NCBI GenBank assembly: GCA_003707115.1
Contig: PPNB01000009.1
Span: 248,001-312,000 of the forward strand
Source: Tortispora ganteri
Lineage: Eukaryota
DNA length: 64,000 nt
Direction of reading: 5' to 3'
The position numbers and the translations under genes were made by a program. The notes beneath the pieces are model-generated. The model made no database searches. It was not told where the DNA came from and was given only the letters and a program-made list of their open reading frames with translations. Shown here piece by piece: positions 52,333 to 62,928 of this stretch. Within the stretch, counting starts at the first letter, position 1. Every line of letters begins with the position of its first letter.

Positions 52333-55300
52333 ATGACTTCTACTAGTAAAGCAAAACATTCTGAAAAAGAATCCGATATTGATGAACTTTTAAACAAACT
52401 TGATTGGCTTAAATCACTTACTCAGGCGAGTTTCGATTCCTCTAAATACACGAAGCTCGTTAAACGCTTAACGAAGAAATCTTGTCTATATAGCAAGTCT
52501 GACCAGATATCACTAACCACCGCTTCCTGCATTGCACAAATCCTTCGATTATCTGCACCAAATCCTCCATATAAAGATCATGAACTCATGCTAATATTCA
52601 AGGCATTTAACCGTGTCATTTCTCACTGCTCGAATCCCAATTCTTCACATTTCTTAGCTTTTATAGACTTCCTCCGCACTCTTTCACTTTCTCAATCAAT
52701 GGTACTTATCACTGATCTACCAGAATCACAAACTCTGATATTCTCCTTTGTTCAGGAAGTCTTCAAGTCCGTCTCTTCCTCTTCCCATAAGGAACGTGAT
52801 GCACTTTTTACTGCTATCTTGGTAAGCGTGCTATCTGAATCCTCATCTTTCTCAGATAAGCTAATTGGCTCTCTTCTATCTACTTTAGCTACCCTTTCTG
52901 AAATTACTTCGAATGCCACGACAATTCTTACCACCGCTCTGCGTGCTTCGGTTGACACCATGGCCCAGCCGATCTATAAATTTCTCGCTCCTTACTTCAC
53001 TACAGACTTGCAACATAAGTACGATGAGAAATCACTCCACAAGTTCCATGAAATCCTGGGGCCTTTATGGAATATCTCCCCTGAGTATGTAAAAAATCTG
53101 AACTCTTTATTGATTCAAGAATTCGTATCCGAAAACTCACAGTCTCGCGCTCTCGCAATGGATGCTATCTTCGGCATACTAAAGCAAGATCAAATATTGG
53201 CAAACTTCATTGCTACACACCCTCAGTCTTATTCTGCATTTCTAGCATGTAGTTATGATACGTCTGCTAGTGTGAAAACAAAATTTACTGCTCATTGCTT
53301 GAATCTCATTAAAATGCAAGGCCTGAAATCTGACCCGAAACTTCTTAGCTCGCTTTGTCTAGTTCTTTTGGATTCTGACGCATCTGTCAGGCGGACTGCA
53401 TGCAAATATCTGGTAGAATATCAAAATGATCTAAATTTAGTTATTTCTATTGCCAAATCGCCGGACACCTATGAGACAGTTTGCGATCGCTGTCGTGACA
53501 AAGACTCAGATACCAGAGTAATGGCCGTCACTTTTCTTACATCTGCATATAATTTACTGCAGTCTAATAATGAAACAAATGGTTCTCAGGTACCGTCAAC
53601 CTTTAGGAAGTTTCCTTCTACTTTTCTCTCGCTTTACTTGGTAGAAGATGACGTTCTTACAACCTGTTTGGACTCCTTGTTTTATACTAAACTCATCGCA
53701 ATTATTGATGATCCTCAACAAGTTGTCGATAGAACATGTAAGTTTGTTTCAGCTTTGACCGAAGAGAGCTTTGAAATTTTTGTTGCAATAACTATGACTA
53801 GGAGATTGCAATATGTACATGCTTTGCAACAACAAGACCTGGAGAAAATTGAATCACTCATGCCAGAGTTAATATCATCATTGGAGAAAAAAGATGCTGA
53901 CATCATCAGAGATATCTCAGATTCTAAAAGATCTTTATCTTACATACTGGAACACTGTGATAGTCTAAAGAACAGGAATAGCTATTCGTGTGAAGCACGA
54001 AAACTCATTGAGAACATCGTAAACAGAGCGGCTGCTTTTCTTTATAACTCATCTACTACGAAATTGTTGATTAAGTCTATGAGGAATGAATATAGCGATC
54101 CGGCTAGAAAACTTGTTGAAGCCCTTTCAAATTATTCCCTGTCGGATTTAGAGGAGTTTGTGACTTGTTTTGAAGAGCATGTCATTTCTCAGGAATGCAT
54201 ACAGCAGAGCTTGATAATACTGAGACAAATTCTTTCCAACTCTGCTGAGCCACAAAAAGTATTATCTGAGAGATTCGTGGATTACATAACTGAACAGTTT
54301 TATTCCTTAGAGGATCCCATAGTGATGGGTCATTTTGCTTTTTTGATATTGAAAGCAGGAAGCTCCACTGGATTATCTGCCATTAAAAATTATCTGGGTG
54401 ATGGTCCAATCGATTTGGTGAATGATGAGTTATCTCAAGAGAAGTTAGCTATTTTGATTGAAATTCTCCGACATCACACAAATACCGATTTCATTCAAAT
54501 AGATATATGCTTTGATAAAATCGTTAACATGCTTACTCAGTTGTCTCACAAGATCACAAACCAAGAAAATATAGAAGTGGACTTGAAGCAGGATATTCGC
54601 ACTTTACCTTCTGATATCGTGGTGCTGATTCTAGGCATTCATTTTGTTGAGGCGTATGTGGAAAGGCAGAGTAACAGCGCAAATGATTTGACTAGAGTTC
54701 GCAAAGGTATACGCTCCTTGAGAGATCTAATTACACAACAGAAAGAACTTCCGGAAGTTTCGGACCTTAAATATCTTGCTCGTTTGAGATGGGAAGCAAC
54801 GGAGTGTACATTGAATCTATGCGCTAACCCCAAAACTCAGGCATTTTTTACTCACCTAGAGAGAAGCGGACTACAAATTGCGGTCAGAGACTCTATTTCG
54901 TCAATTAGGGCATTGCTTTGTGATACGATTGATCGTAATATCTGGTCAGGTAATCTCAGTATTCGCTATCTTCTACTACTGTTCTTGTATCCTCTTGAAC
55001 GCGTATCTCAGATCGCTATCAACAAGGCAAAAATCATCAAAGGCCGTCATGAAAAACTAGCAGATTATGGCAGACTAGATTTTGAAATGGTATTACCCAG
55101 GCTAATTGCTTTCCTAGCCGCACAATTTGAAAAGCACGGTGGATTGTTAGATGAGTACAATTTAGTACAGTCTAACTCCGTCTTGAAAAGATACGTGAAC
55201 ATATACGTTCCATACTTAATGGGATATTTTGTGCTGGTCACAAATGATCGCAATGCTCAATACCTGAACAGCATTTTGGAGGAATTGAGCTCTGGGTATC

Positions 55301-55758
55301 GCTTAACAGCTAATTCTTCATCTTGCAAATCAGTTGCATTTATAACCTCTCTCGCTGCTGAAGTATTCCATTTTGTACTAAACGCAATGACACCTGCAAT
55401 TAAAATCAGTAAAAGTGAATGTCCTTGCAAAATTCCAAAAGATGTTTTAAAGAAAGAAGAGAGCAACGATACACTTCGGATGGGAACAGAAATAATTTCT
55501 TTGCAACAGCTTCAACGGTCTTTTGAAATCATTCAAGGACCTCTTCAATCTGGTTCCCCTGCTTCTAAACCATTGAAAAGACAGGCCAAATTAATAAAGA
55601 GCTCCACTAAAAATAAAAAGAGAGCCGTGGGAAAAGAAAATATACCTAAAAAGGGCTTTTTAGAAAGCAAGCAACCATCTCGTCGAAGTGCTAGGCAACA
55701 TAATGTCATAAGCTATGCCGTTGACGATGTAGATGAGATGCATGAATTTGATGATTAA
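52333..55758 (+). CDS. PDS5: Cohesin-associated HEAT-repeat protein Pds5 (divergent; first ATG at 52333)
   Basis: ASCIAQILRLSAPNPPY, LLDSDASVR, DRCRDKD..TR, FEMVLPRLI and a basic/acidic tail RRSAR...ISYAVDD. Confidence 0.85.
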   Translation: MTSTSKAKHSEKESDIDELLNKLDWLKSLTQASFDSSKYTKLVKRLTKKSCLYSKSDQISLTTASCIAQILRLSAPNPPYKDHELMLIFKAFNRVISHCSNPNSSHFLAFIDFLRTLSLSQSMVLITDLPESQTLIFSFVQEVFKSVSSSSHKERDALFTAILVSVLSESSSFSDKLIGSLLSTLATLSEITSNATTILTTALRASVDTMAQPIYKFLAPYFTTDLQHKYDEKSLHKFHEILGPLWNISPEYVKNLNSLLIQEFVSENSQSRALAMDAIFGILKQDQILANFIATHPQSYSAFLACSYDTSASVKTKFTAHCLNLIKMQGLKSDPKLLSSLCLVLLDSDASVRRTACKYLVEYQNDLNLVISIAKSPDTYETVCDRCRDKDSDTRVMAVTFLTSAYNLLQSNNETNGSQVPSTFRKFPSTFLSLYLVEDDVLTTCLDSLFYTKLIAIIDDPQQVVDRTCKFVSALTEESFEIFVAITMTRRLQYVHALQQQDLEKIESLMPELISSLEKKDADIIRDISDSKRSLSYILEHCDSLKNRNSYSCEARKLIENIVNRAAAFLYNSSTTKLLIKSMRNEYSDPARKLVEALSNYSLSDLEEFVTCFEEHVISQECIQQSLIILRQILSNSAEPQKVLSERFVDYITEQFYSLEDPIVMGHFAFLILKAGSSTGLSAIKNYLGDGPIDLVNDELSQEKLAILIEILRHHTNTDFIQIDICFDKIVNMLTQLSHKITNQENIEVDLKQDIRTLPSDIVVLILGIHFVEAYVERQSNSANDLTRVRKGIRSLRDLITQQKELPEVSDLKYLARLRWEATECTLNLCANPKTQAFFTHLERSGLQIAVRDSISSIRALLCDTIDRNIWSGNLSIRYLLLLFLYPLERVSQIAINKAKIIKGRHEKLADYGRLDFEMVLPRLIAFLAAQFEKHGGLLDEYNLVQSNSVLKRYVNIYVPYLMGYFVLVTNDRNAQYLNSILEELSSGYRLTANSSSCKSVAFITSLAAEVFHFVLNAMTPAIKISKSECPCKIPKDVLKKEESNDTLRMGTEIISLQQLQRSFEIIQGPLQSGSPASKPLKRQAKLIKSSTKNKKRAVGKENIPKKGFLESKQPSRRSARQHNVISYAVDDVDEMHEFDD

Positions 55759-55796
55759 AGAATAATAGGATAAATAATTATATCACTTATATCAGT

Positions 55797-57893
55797 TTAT
55801 GACAGTAAAAACTCATACAGCGCATCTTTACCTTTGGCGCGGATTATTTGTCGTACTGCCATGAGTTCGATCTTGTCATCTATAGAAAGGTCGTCAAAAT
55901 TGCCTTCATGAGAGTCACGGGTCAATGCTTCCATTTTTTGTTTATATCTCTGCGAATCCTCAAAATCTTCAACAAATCGAATAGCATGTAATAGTGCCAA
56001 AACATTTTTGTGATATATGCTGACGGGGCTATTCGCTGTTCGCAAATATGCCAAGCCAGACAACGCCTCTCTTTCGTGATAATCTTTAGGTAATAATGCA
56101 TCAAGTGTGGTTAGAGAGGCGTATTCTTTTTGAGAATCAAGTTGTTTAGCGACAAGTTCATAGTAAGATTTGAGTTTCGCATGTTCAATAAAGTCCAGCT
56201 TTACAGCTCTTTCAGGTAATCGATAAGTAATTCCATCCACATTGAATCGATCGTAATCATTGTCTGTTTCATTATCGGAGTCGTTCGTAACTTCTATATA
56301 TCCGCTATTCCTAAAATTTCTGGGAATAGTCACATCAACAATTTTTGATTTCTTAGCGATTCGTCTTTTAGGAGTTATATGCAGAGCGTGAGCAGGACAC
56401 ATCCATTTGCGACTAGACCGTGGTATAGAAACCATAGGAGGATTCAAGCAATCAAGGTGCCAATGCAGCGAACAGTAGTCGCATGATATTATTTGTAAAT
56501 CCATTGCAGACAAACCACATTTATAACAATAAACCAAATTCCCATTCTTGTCATGAAGCTTGTGCGGGTCTGAATCTTCTGGTTGCCCGTTTCTATTGAG
56601 TTGACGGCTATGCTCTCGCGAGTCCATGTATGAACCATCAGAAGCAGTGGCCACACCCTCATAGCGGTCACGAATACTTTTCGGTAATAAAAATGCTTTG
56701 GGGTTCCTTTTCGCGATTATATCTACAAAAGCACCGAATATAGGCACATCACTTGGACTAGGAGGGTATTTAGCAGCCGAGCACTCAGTACAAAACCATG
56801 AGTCGTCTTCAGGTAGCTGGTCCTCTTCAAGTGGAGGATCCAGACAAAGAAAATGAAAAGATTTAGGGCAATTGTCACAACAAATGAATGTTCCTGGCTG
56901 TTTGCAGACTGAGCAAAAGTCATCGTTTGAAGCGGAGTCGCCACGAAGTTCAACAGAAGTTTCTGGGCCTTGTCCATGTCTGAAATTGTGTTCACTTAGT
57001 CGCCGGTCATGCTTTGTTGGAGATTTCTTTATTCGATTCTGAGTTGATTTTTCAGGAGTAGAGGTGCGAGCGGATCGCGCTTTTGACTTCCGTGATCGTC
57101 TGGATTTGGCTGGTGGAACGTTAGGAAGCCGTATAAGAGTGGGTCGTTCGCCGCTTTCTGGAAAACTATCTGGCCGAGGGTAAGGATGTTCGTATTTGAT
57201 TTTAACTTGAGTGCTTTTGATTTCCGAGTTATGATGAAATTGTTCACGTAAACCCATTGAGACCTCAGTGGCCGTTGCAGCCGCAGATTCGCCATCAGAT
57301 TCTGATATGATATCAGTGGAAGGGGTGCTTGGGGTTGTCGAAAGGGCAGCAGAATCTTGCATTAAAGGGTCAGTATCATTGTATACTGCTTGTTGTGGTA
57401 GAAAACCATTATTGAGAATTTTTATAGGGAATCGAGCTGTACTAGAAGGTTCTGTAGGATCAGGTGAAAGAGGGAAGTCATCTTCCGAAAGTGCCGGAGA
57501 TGATGAAGCATGATTGGAGGAGTTTTCCAGGGGAGGTTTTGATATTGAGGGAGACGGTAAACCAATGGAACCACTAGATATTTTTGTATTCTGTTCGGAT
57601 TTTACAAGAATAGGTTTTGACTTGGGTCTGCCAACACGATTTGCCTTTTTCTTCTTAGACAAGTTCAGTTGTTTAAGATTTGGAGGAACACCAAGAGGGA
57701 GGCCATTGACGCCAGGTGCACTGTTACCAGCTTCAGGTTCGGACCATGTTCTCTTAGTAGTCCGTGAGCGTGAAGGTGTATGTGAATGTGAATGAGATGG
57801 CGATTGCTTATCATTCCCGTTAGTGCTAGAGTTCATAGTAAGAACCACGCGAGTCGACTTGAATGGAGTACTCTGAGAAGGTAAACGGTCCAT
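55797..57893 (-). CDS. RCO1: Double-PHD-finger subunit of Rpd3S (Rco1/Cph1-like)
   Basis: NDDFCSVC...ICCDNCPKSFHFLCLDPPL...WFCTEC, NPKAFLLP, and a second PHD CYKC...CDYCSLHWHLDCLNPP...KWMCPAH. Confidence 0.88.
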   Translation of the reverse strand: MDRLPSQSTPFKSTRVVLTMNSSTNGNDKQSPSHSHSHTPSRSRTTKRTWSEPEAGNSAPGVNGLPLGVPPNLKQLNLSKKKKANRVGRPKSKPILVKSEQNTKISSGSIGLPSPSISKPPLENSSNHASSSPALSEDDFPLSPDPTEPSSTARFPIKILNNGFLPQQAVYNDTDPLMQDSAALSTTPSTPSTDIISESDGESAAATATEVSMGLREQFHHNSEIKSTQVKIKYEHPYPRPDSFPESGERPTLIRLPNVPPAKSRRSRKSKARSARTSTPEKSTQNRIKKSPTKHDRRLSEHNFRHGQGPETSVELRGDSASNDDFCSVCKQPGTFICCDNCPKSFHFLCLDPPLEEDQLPEDDSWFCTECSAAKYPPSPSDVPIFGAFVDIIAKRNPKAFLLPKSIRDRYEGVATASDGSYMDSREHSRQLNRNGQPEDSDPHKLHDKNGNLVYCYKCGLSAMDLQIISCDYCSLHWHLDCLNPPMVSIPRSSRKWMCPAHALHITPKRRIAKKSKIVDVTIPRNFRNSGYIEVTNDSDNETDNDYDRFNVDGITYRLPERAVKLDFIEHAKLKSYYELVAKQLDSQKEYASLTTLDALLPKDYHEREALSGLAYLRTANSPVSIYHKNVLALLHAIRFVEDFEDSQRYKQKMEALTRDSHEGNFDDLSIDDKIELMAVRQIIRAKGKDALYEFLLS

Positions 57894-58706
57894 TTAGATT
57901 CTCTCCCTGAATTATTCGAATCTCTATCAGGCTGCTTTTTTGAATTGTATAAAAAGGTCGGAAAGCAAAATCAGGATAGGGTAATGCGTTACGTGAGGAA
58001 GAGGGTGCACCAGGAGAAACCCGGCAAAGTGTAACACAGTCGCGCGGTGACGTGAAGAACAAATCCGCTACTACTTGTTAAAAGACCAAAAAATATGCAC
58101 AACAAAACACAACAAAAAAGTAATCAGATACAACCGTGCTAAATTTCCTTAGGAAAATTGACGCAATAATAACTGATATAAAGCTTTATTTGAAGAATTA
58201 TTTGTAGCCGTATTAGTAGTATCAATGATAAACCAATACGTTATTCTTATTGTTAACCAAAATTCAATCAGAATTTCTACCTGTATTGTCTGGTAGTAGT
58301 AATAGTTAAGTGGTAAGTTCCAGAGCTGTTGGATAGTGGATTATATGGGAAGGGTGGGTTAATTATTAAGAAGCAACTAAAGAAGGGATATGGGTTTTCC
58401 CGGTTTTTTATAGCAATCATAAACTTTTCTATGCTCTTTAATAATACTGCATGATGTAATAAATTGATCTCTGAATGTAAAGAGATTCATTCTTTTAAAA
58501 ATAATAATAATAATTATAAACATTTTATTAGATGAATGTAGATGTGATCAAATCAGTGACATATATCGTTTCAAAACAAAAAGTTAATGAACGATCCAAA
58601 CAGAACCAATTAAGAACGGTACAAGTCAAACCCTCTCCCAAGTTAATTCTATTTTATCAATCTCAATCCTTTTGAGAAATAAACAAGTACATTCTTGAGA
58701 TGTCCT

Positions 58707-59923
58707 TTAAAGAGACTTAGACAGAAGTTCAGCTAGTTCCTTGTCTTCAACTGATTTGTCGCTTTTGACTTTACTAAAATCAGGTGCAATAGGGCCCGCA
58801 ATCTTAACAGGACCATCCTTGGTAATTCGGATAGTGCTCAAAAAATGAGCAACTGTTTCTCCTGATTTCTCTTCGTAAACTTCATATGGAACCAACAGAT
58901 TGTGTTGTTGGCATTCCTGAAGGCCAACTCTGCATTTTTTGTAATCCTTCAGTGAACGCACTGAGAACGGAAATGTTCCAATGTTCTTCTTTACCTCAGA
59001 ATAAACCATACGTGAAGTCTTCAATCTCAGTTGGTAGATACTATCGGTTTTCTTAAAAATAGTAGTACGAACTCCTGATGAAATAGTCTTACCAGTGCCA
59101 GTGGTGATAAGAATATCAAGAATCCACACATCTCCTTCTTTGAAGGTCACAGATTCAATATTACTCCTCTGGCTATCCGTAGGATTAACGATAATTTTGT
59201 TTTTGCCATCCAACAAACCATATTCAACATTTTGCGAAAGCATACCTTCCAATGGTACGCATTCGTAAGCTGCTGCAACTTTGCCAACAACACTAGTAAC
59301 ATCCCAGTTCTTCTTTCCTGGTACAAGAGTCTGAATAGCAGCCTCTGAGGCTTTCCATGCCGCAGTTATAACGTCTGCAGCACGTCCTTCCACTGCTGCG
59401 GTGTCAACAACTAAAGTGTCGGCAACTACTGTTCCAAATCCACCAATCTGCGCTCCTAATGCAATTCGCACCGTAGATCCCGACTTGATAACCCACTCTG
59501 CAGATTCCTCGGATTCGACTGGACTCAAATGTGTCACATATACATCTGGAGATACAGATGTAGGAAATGCAACACCCTTAGAAATCTTGGAGTTAGTTCC
59601 AGCTTCCTTGGTAGCTTCTTCAATAATAATTTCATCACCTTTTCTGCAGATATCAATAATTTTAGCGCCAGGAATAATAAGTTCACGAACTCTAGCTAAT
59701 GCTCGATTGGAAGCCTGACCGGCTTTATCGTGCAAAGCAATGTTTTTCTCGCTAGTCAAAGAGTGGTCTTCTATCACGAAAGCCAGGTTAGTCTCAAGCT
59801 TAACTTAAGGTAAAACCACACAATTTGTTGCAATTTCCCATAAGTTTACTTTTAATGTAAACTTATGGTTTGCTCCACCGGGTTTTCACTAGCAGTGAAA
59901 TATTAATACATACCTGCTGCCAT
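58707..59923 (-). CDS. CDB4: Curved-DNA-binding protein Cdb4 / PA2G4 (Ebp1), M24 pita-bread fold; join(59914..59923, 58707..59770), 357 aa
   Basis: KGVAFPTSVS, VEGRAADVI.AA, PLEGMLS, YQLRLKTSR and FPFSVRSL. A 10-nt first exon (ATG GCA GCA G) splices in frame. Confidence 0.88.
59771..59913 (-). other. CDB4 intron (143 nt; GTATGT...GACTAAC-13 nt-TAG) with internal hairpin
   Basis: Perfect 5' splice site, branch point at 59787-59793. Splicing supplies the missing ATG in frame. Confidence 0.9.
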
Positions 59924-60048
59924 AAATGTTAGATGTAAAGTTGTAAATAGGGTTAATTCACCCTTGCTTTCTCGAAGGGTAGTTCGGTTGTCCGGTGGGA
60001 CAAGTGTGAGAGACAGAACCCTAACGAGACGAATACCAGGTTCGTCGT

Positions 60049-62427
60049 TCAACCAGACAACGCCGCAGAGACGCGTAGCTTGGACAATATCGTAGGGTGC
60101 GATATAGTAGGTGGAACCACGGGAGCTGCTTCTGAAAGTATATATAGTGCCTCTTTGAGGGTTTTGGAATCAATGTCATCACGCGCTTTAAGAACGCATT
60201 CGACATAGCTCATAGAAACATCCGGGAAATCATTAAGCATAGCCGTATAAGCAGCTACTAAAGCCGACGGGTCTTCTGCATCTATCGCTAGAAGCCCTAA
60301 CGTATGCTCTACTGCTTGAAACAGCGACCTAACGTATGCGTCTGGTGCTAACGTAACAAAAGCATCATAAAGGACCGAGGCGTTGTCTCGCATTCTCTCA
60401 ATGCATTTGTCCTTTTTCATAACAACTCTGGGTTCTTTTCTGTAAAATTGCCCCAGGTATGTAGCTAAAGTACCTTCAATAACCTGGTCAATAAATAACT
60501 CTCGTAGCTCGTCGCGTAAATAATCGGGAAGATCAGTCGTGTAATCACGCAAAGTCGCTGCAATAGTATTCACACTATTGGAACTCTTATCAGAATTCCA
60601 CTGTTTAGTAAATATATCTGCAAAGCATTCGTGACAATCTGTAAGTATAATAGTAGTAATATCAGATAAACAGATTTCTCCAAGGTTTGCATTGCCGTCA
60701 ATAACGCCTTCAAGAGCTGCCGTGATCTGGGGTTTGTACTTCCTAGAGACAAGGGGCGAATGACGTGCCATAATTGCTTCAGTATAAGTGGCGCATCTGA
60801 TTTGATCATTAGCAATTGCTGTAAGGTATTCTAACAGTCCTGGAGGTAACTCGGTGCGTGAATTATCTTTAACATTGTCATCTCTATTCCCTGATTGACC
60901 AAGTGCTTCTTGGATATATCTCTGAGTTTCATTGTTAACGTACGAGGTCCATTTCCGCTGTAAATCAAGTAATGAGGAAGCAGTAGAATCCACAACTCGC
61001 GCTAATACACGGGCCTGCCCAGTGTCTGCAGCTCTGTCAAGTTGTTGATGGATCATAGTGAACAGTGTCTGCGTGTCAGAGAGCATATATTTTCCATCAT
61101 CGTCATTAATAAGAGGAGGGTCAGTACGTTCAAGAAAGGTCCGTCGCTCTTGGTTCGCCATAGAAAGAATCCACTCATTCATTTTCTTTATGATAAGAGT
61201 TAAGTACTCATTCAGAAGGTTTTCAGCTTTATTTCCAGTCAACGGAGATTCCACTAGCGGAGATTTCAATATCGCAGTGTTAGCCCCATCTGGGCTGTTT
61301 TCGATAATGGTTTGGGTCATGTTAGTTTTGTATTCACGAACAAAGTCCAACATGGCAAGCATGACCTGAGCATCAGGATCAGAGTTAATAAGGTCCAGTA
61401 AAAGTTTGTTCAAGTTTTCATGACAGTATTCCAAATACTTTTCAGGGATTTGCCACCGATTAGGTACCACTGATGGTATTGCAGAAAAAGCAAAACCAAC
61501 ATCTTGAAATATCCAATTCAAATTATCTAGAAGATCTAGTGGATTATCAGGTAAAAATGCGTTGCGACAATTTGAAAATACTTCTGCAATCGATTCTGAA
61601 AGTTGATTAAGCATTCTGTTGAAATAGTTTCGAGGGGGCCTATTGTAGTCTGATGAGACTTTAATAAACTGAATTAAATCTAAAGTAGAAGAGTGTTCAG
61701 CCCGGGGAGCTATACCTCCGTGAAACGTAGATGTATTCGAAGAAGTAGAGACGCCATGACGTCTATCAGCAGTTTCTTCAACTTCGATTATTTTAGCCAT
61801 TCGAACCACAAGAGAGGCATTGCCTTCACGCAGTAGTTCAAGCATATTAGCAGCTATGTCAAAAAGAAGGGTTTCAAAGCGCTCTGAGAGATTTTTTAGT
61901 CCAGCGAAGAACTTGTTTAGCTCCGAGAGCGTTGAGATGCGCATCTGATCGTTGTAGTTTTGCGATGTGGTATAGAGGTCTTGCAGAGGACGCAACTGAT
62001 AGTGAATATGTAGCAAATGAGGAACAGATAGATCTAAAGCGGGCAAAGAGGAATTGCCTTTACCTATATCGGCGTCTAATAGAGCGGAAAGACGAGAGAC
62101 ATCGGAGGAGAGGGTTGTGAACTGTTCAACTACTTTCAGGATTTCTATTACTGATTGGCGAACTTTAAGCACCTCTGAGACTAGGCGAAACTCGTTAGAT
62201 GATGAAAAGTCAGAAGCAGAATCTGTCAGTGTCTTCAATTTAGAATCTAACGCGAGTACTTGAGACTTTGCTGAATTCAGAGCATTAATGGCTTTTGAAG
62301 TCTGGTCAAGTATCGTAGCGGAAGACCTAGTAATTCTTGCATCAATTTGTTTTTTCTCCTGAATGTATCGTTCACGCAGCTGATCCACCCTTTCAAGAGT
62401 ATTATCGAGCTTTAGAGAGTCGTTCAT
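60049..62427 (-). CDS. SEC6: Exocyst subunit Sec6
   Basis: LVVRMAKIIEVEE, LFTMIHQQL..A...QARVL, GLLEYLTAIANDQIRCA.YTE and VECVLKARDD. Confidence 0.92.
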   Translation of the reverse strand: MNDSLKLDNTLERVDQLRERYIQEKKQIDARITRSSATILDQTSKAINALNSAKSQVLALDSKLKTLTDSASDFSSSNEFRLVSEVLKVRQSVIEILKVVEQFTTLSSDVSRLSALLDADIGKGNSSLPALDLSVPHLLHIHYQLRPLQDLYTTSQNYNDQMRISTLSELNKFFAGLKNLSERFETLLFDIAANMLELLREGNASLVVRMAKIIEVEETADRRHGVSTSSNTSTFHGGIAPRAEHSSTLDLIQFIKVSSDYNRPPRNYFNRMLNQLSESIAEVFSNCRNAFLPDNPLDLLDNLNWIFQDVGFAFSAIPSVVPNRWQIPEKYLEYCHENLNKLLLDLINSDPDAQVMLAMLDFVREYKTNMTQTIIENSPDGANTAILKSPLVESPLTGNKAENLLNEYLTLIIKKMNEWILSMANQERRTFLERTDPPLINDDDGKYMLSDTQTLFTMIHQQLDRAADTGQARVLARVVDSTASSLLDLQRKWTSYVNNETQRYIQEALGQSGNRDDNVKDNSRTELPPGLLEYLTAIANDQIRCATYTEAIMARHSPLVSRKYKPQITAALEGVIDGNANLGEICLSDITTIILTDCHECFADIFTKQWNSDKSSNSVNTIAATLRDYTTDLPDYLRDELRELFIDQVIEGTLATYLGQFYRKEPRVVMKKDKCIERMRDNASVLYDAFVTLAPDAYVRSLFQAVEHTLGLLAIDAEDPSALVAAYTAMLNDFPDVSMSYVECVLKARDDIDSKTLKEALYILSEAAPVVPPTISHPTILSKLRVSAALSG

Positions 62428-62509
62428 TGGGGTTTATGATTGTGGCTGAGGGTTGATTGTTGTTATGTTTTTTTGACTTGGGACGGTGTACCTTATCAAG
62501 TTCGCGCGA

Positions 62510-62869
62510 ATGGACGAAGACACGCTCAGAAGACGAATAGCGAGAGAAAAGCAGAAACTAAACAAATATAAAGAGCGTTTAGCGAATTTTAAGGAAGCAG
62601 TTGAATTAAGACAAAAAAGAATAGACCTCAAATTGCAAAATATAGGCGTAGGATCAGAAGAAATTGAAGGGCACTTGTCACGGGAGTATGAGAAGATTGC
62701 AGCGCTTGAAACCAACGAAATCGATAATGTCGACTTAGAATCAGATGTTGAATCAGATTATGATGGTCTTGAAAGAGATTATGGAATTGAAAGCGATTTA
62801 AGGTCAATTGAACGCAAAGTCACCCAGATATATGAAAGACTGCTGAAAGTTGAAGAAATCTTGGGTTGA
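62510..62869 (+). CDS. Small coiled-coil hypothetical protein (119 aa from ATG 62510)
   Basis: Heptad-like charged helices at both ends with an acidic middle. Fills the gap between SEC6 and SNF5; no family recognised. Confidence 0.65.
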   Translation: MDEDTLRRRIAREKQKLNKYKERLANFKEAVELRQKRIDLKLQNIGVGSEEIEGHLSREYEKIAALETNEIDNVDLESDVESDYDGLERDYGIESDLRSIERKVTQIYERLLKVEEILG

Positions 62870-62883
62870 CATCACGTGATGTC
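62868..62883. promoter_or_regulatory. Perfect 16-bp palindrome GACATCACGTGATGTC containing a Cbf1-type E-box (ATCACGTGAT)
   Basis: Direct reading. Matches RTCACGTG on both strands, about 200 nt upstream of SNF5. Confidence 0.65.
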
Positions 62884-62928
62884 CATAGAGCCTATAACAA
62901 ATTTAGCCAGCCAACCAGGCCGAATATT

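Noticed and set aside
58086..58318. U1 snRNA (minus-strand ACTTACC plus a downstream ATTTTTTGG)
   Set aside because: It lacks the ACTTACCT 5' end and the U1-70K and U1A loop sequences. Kept only as a generic ncRNA candidate.
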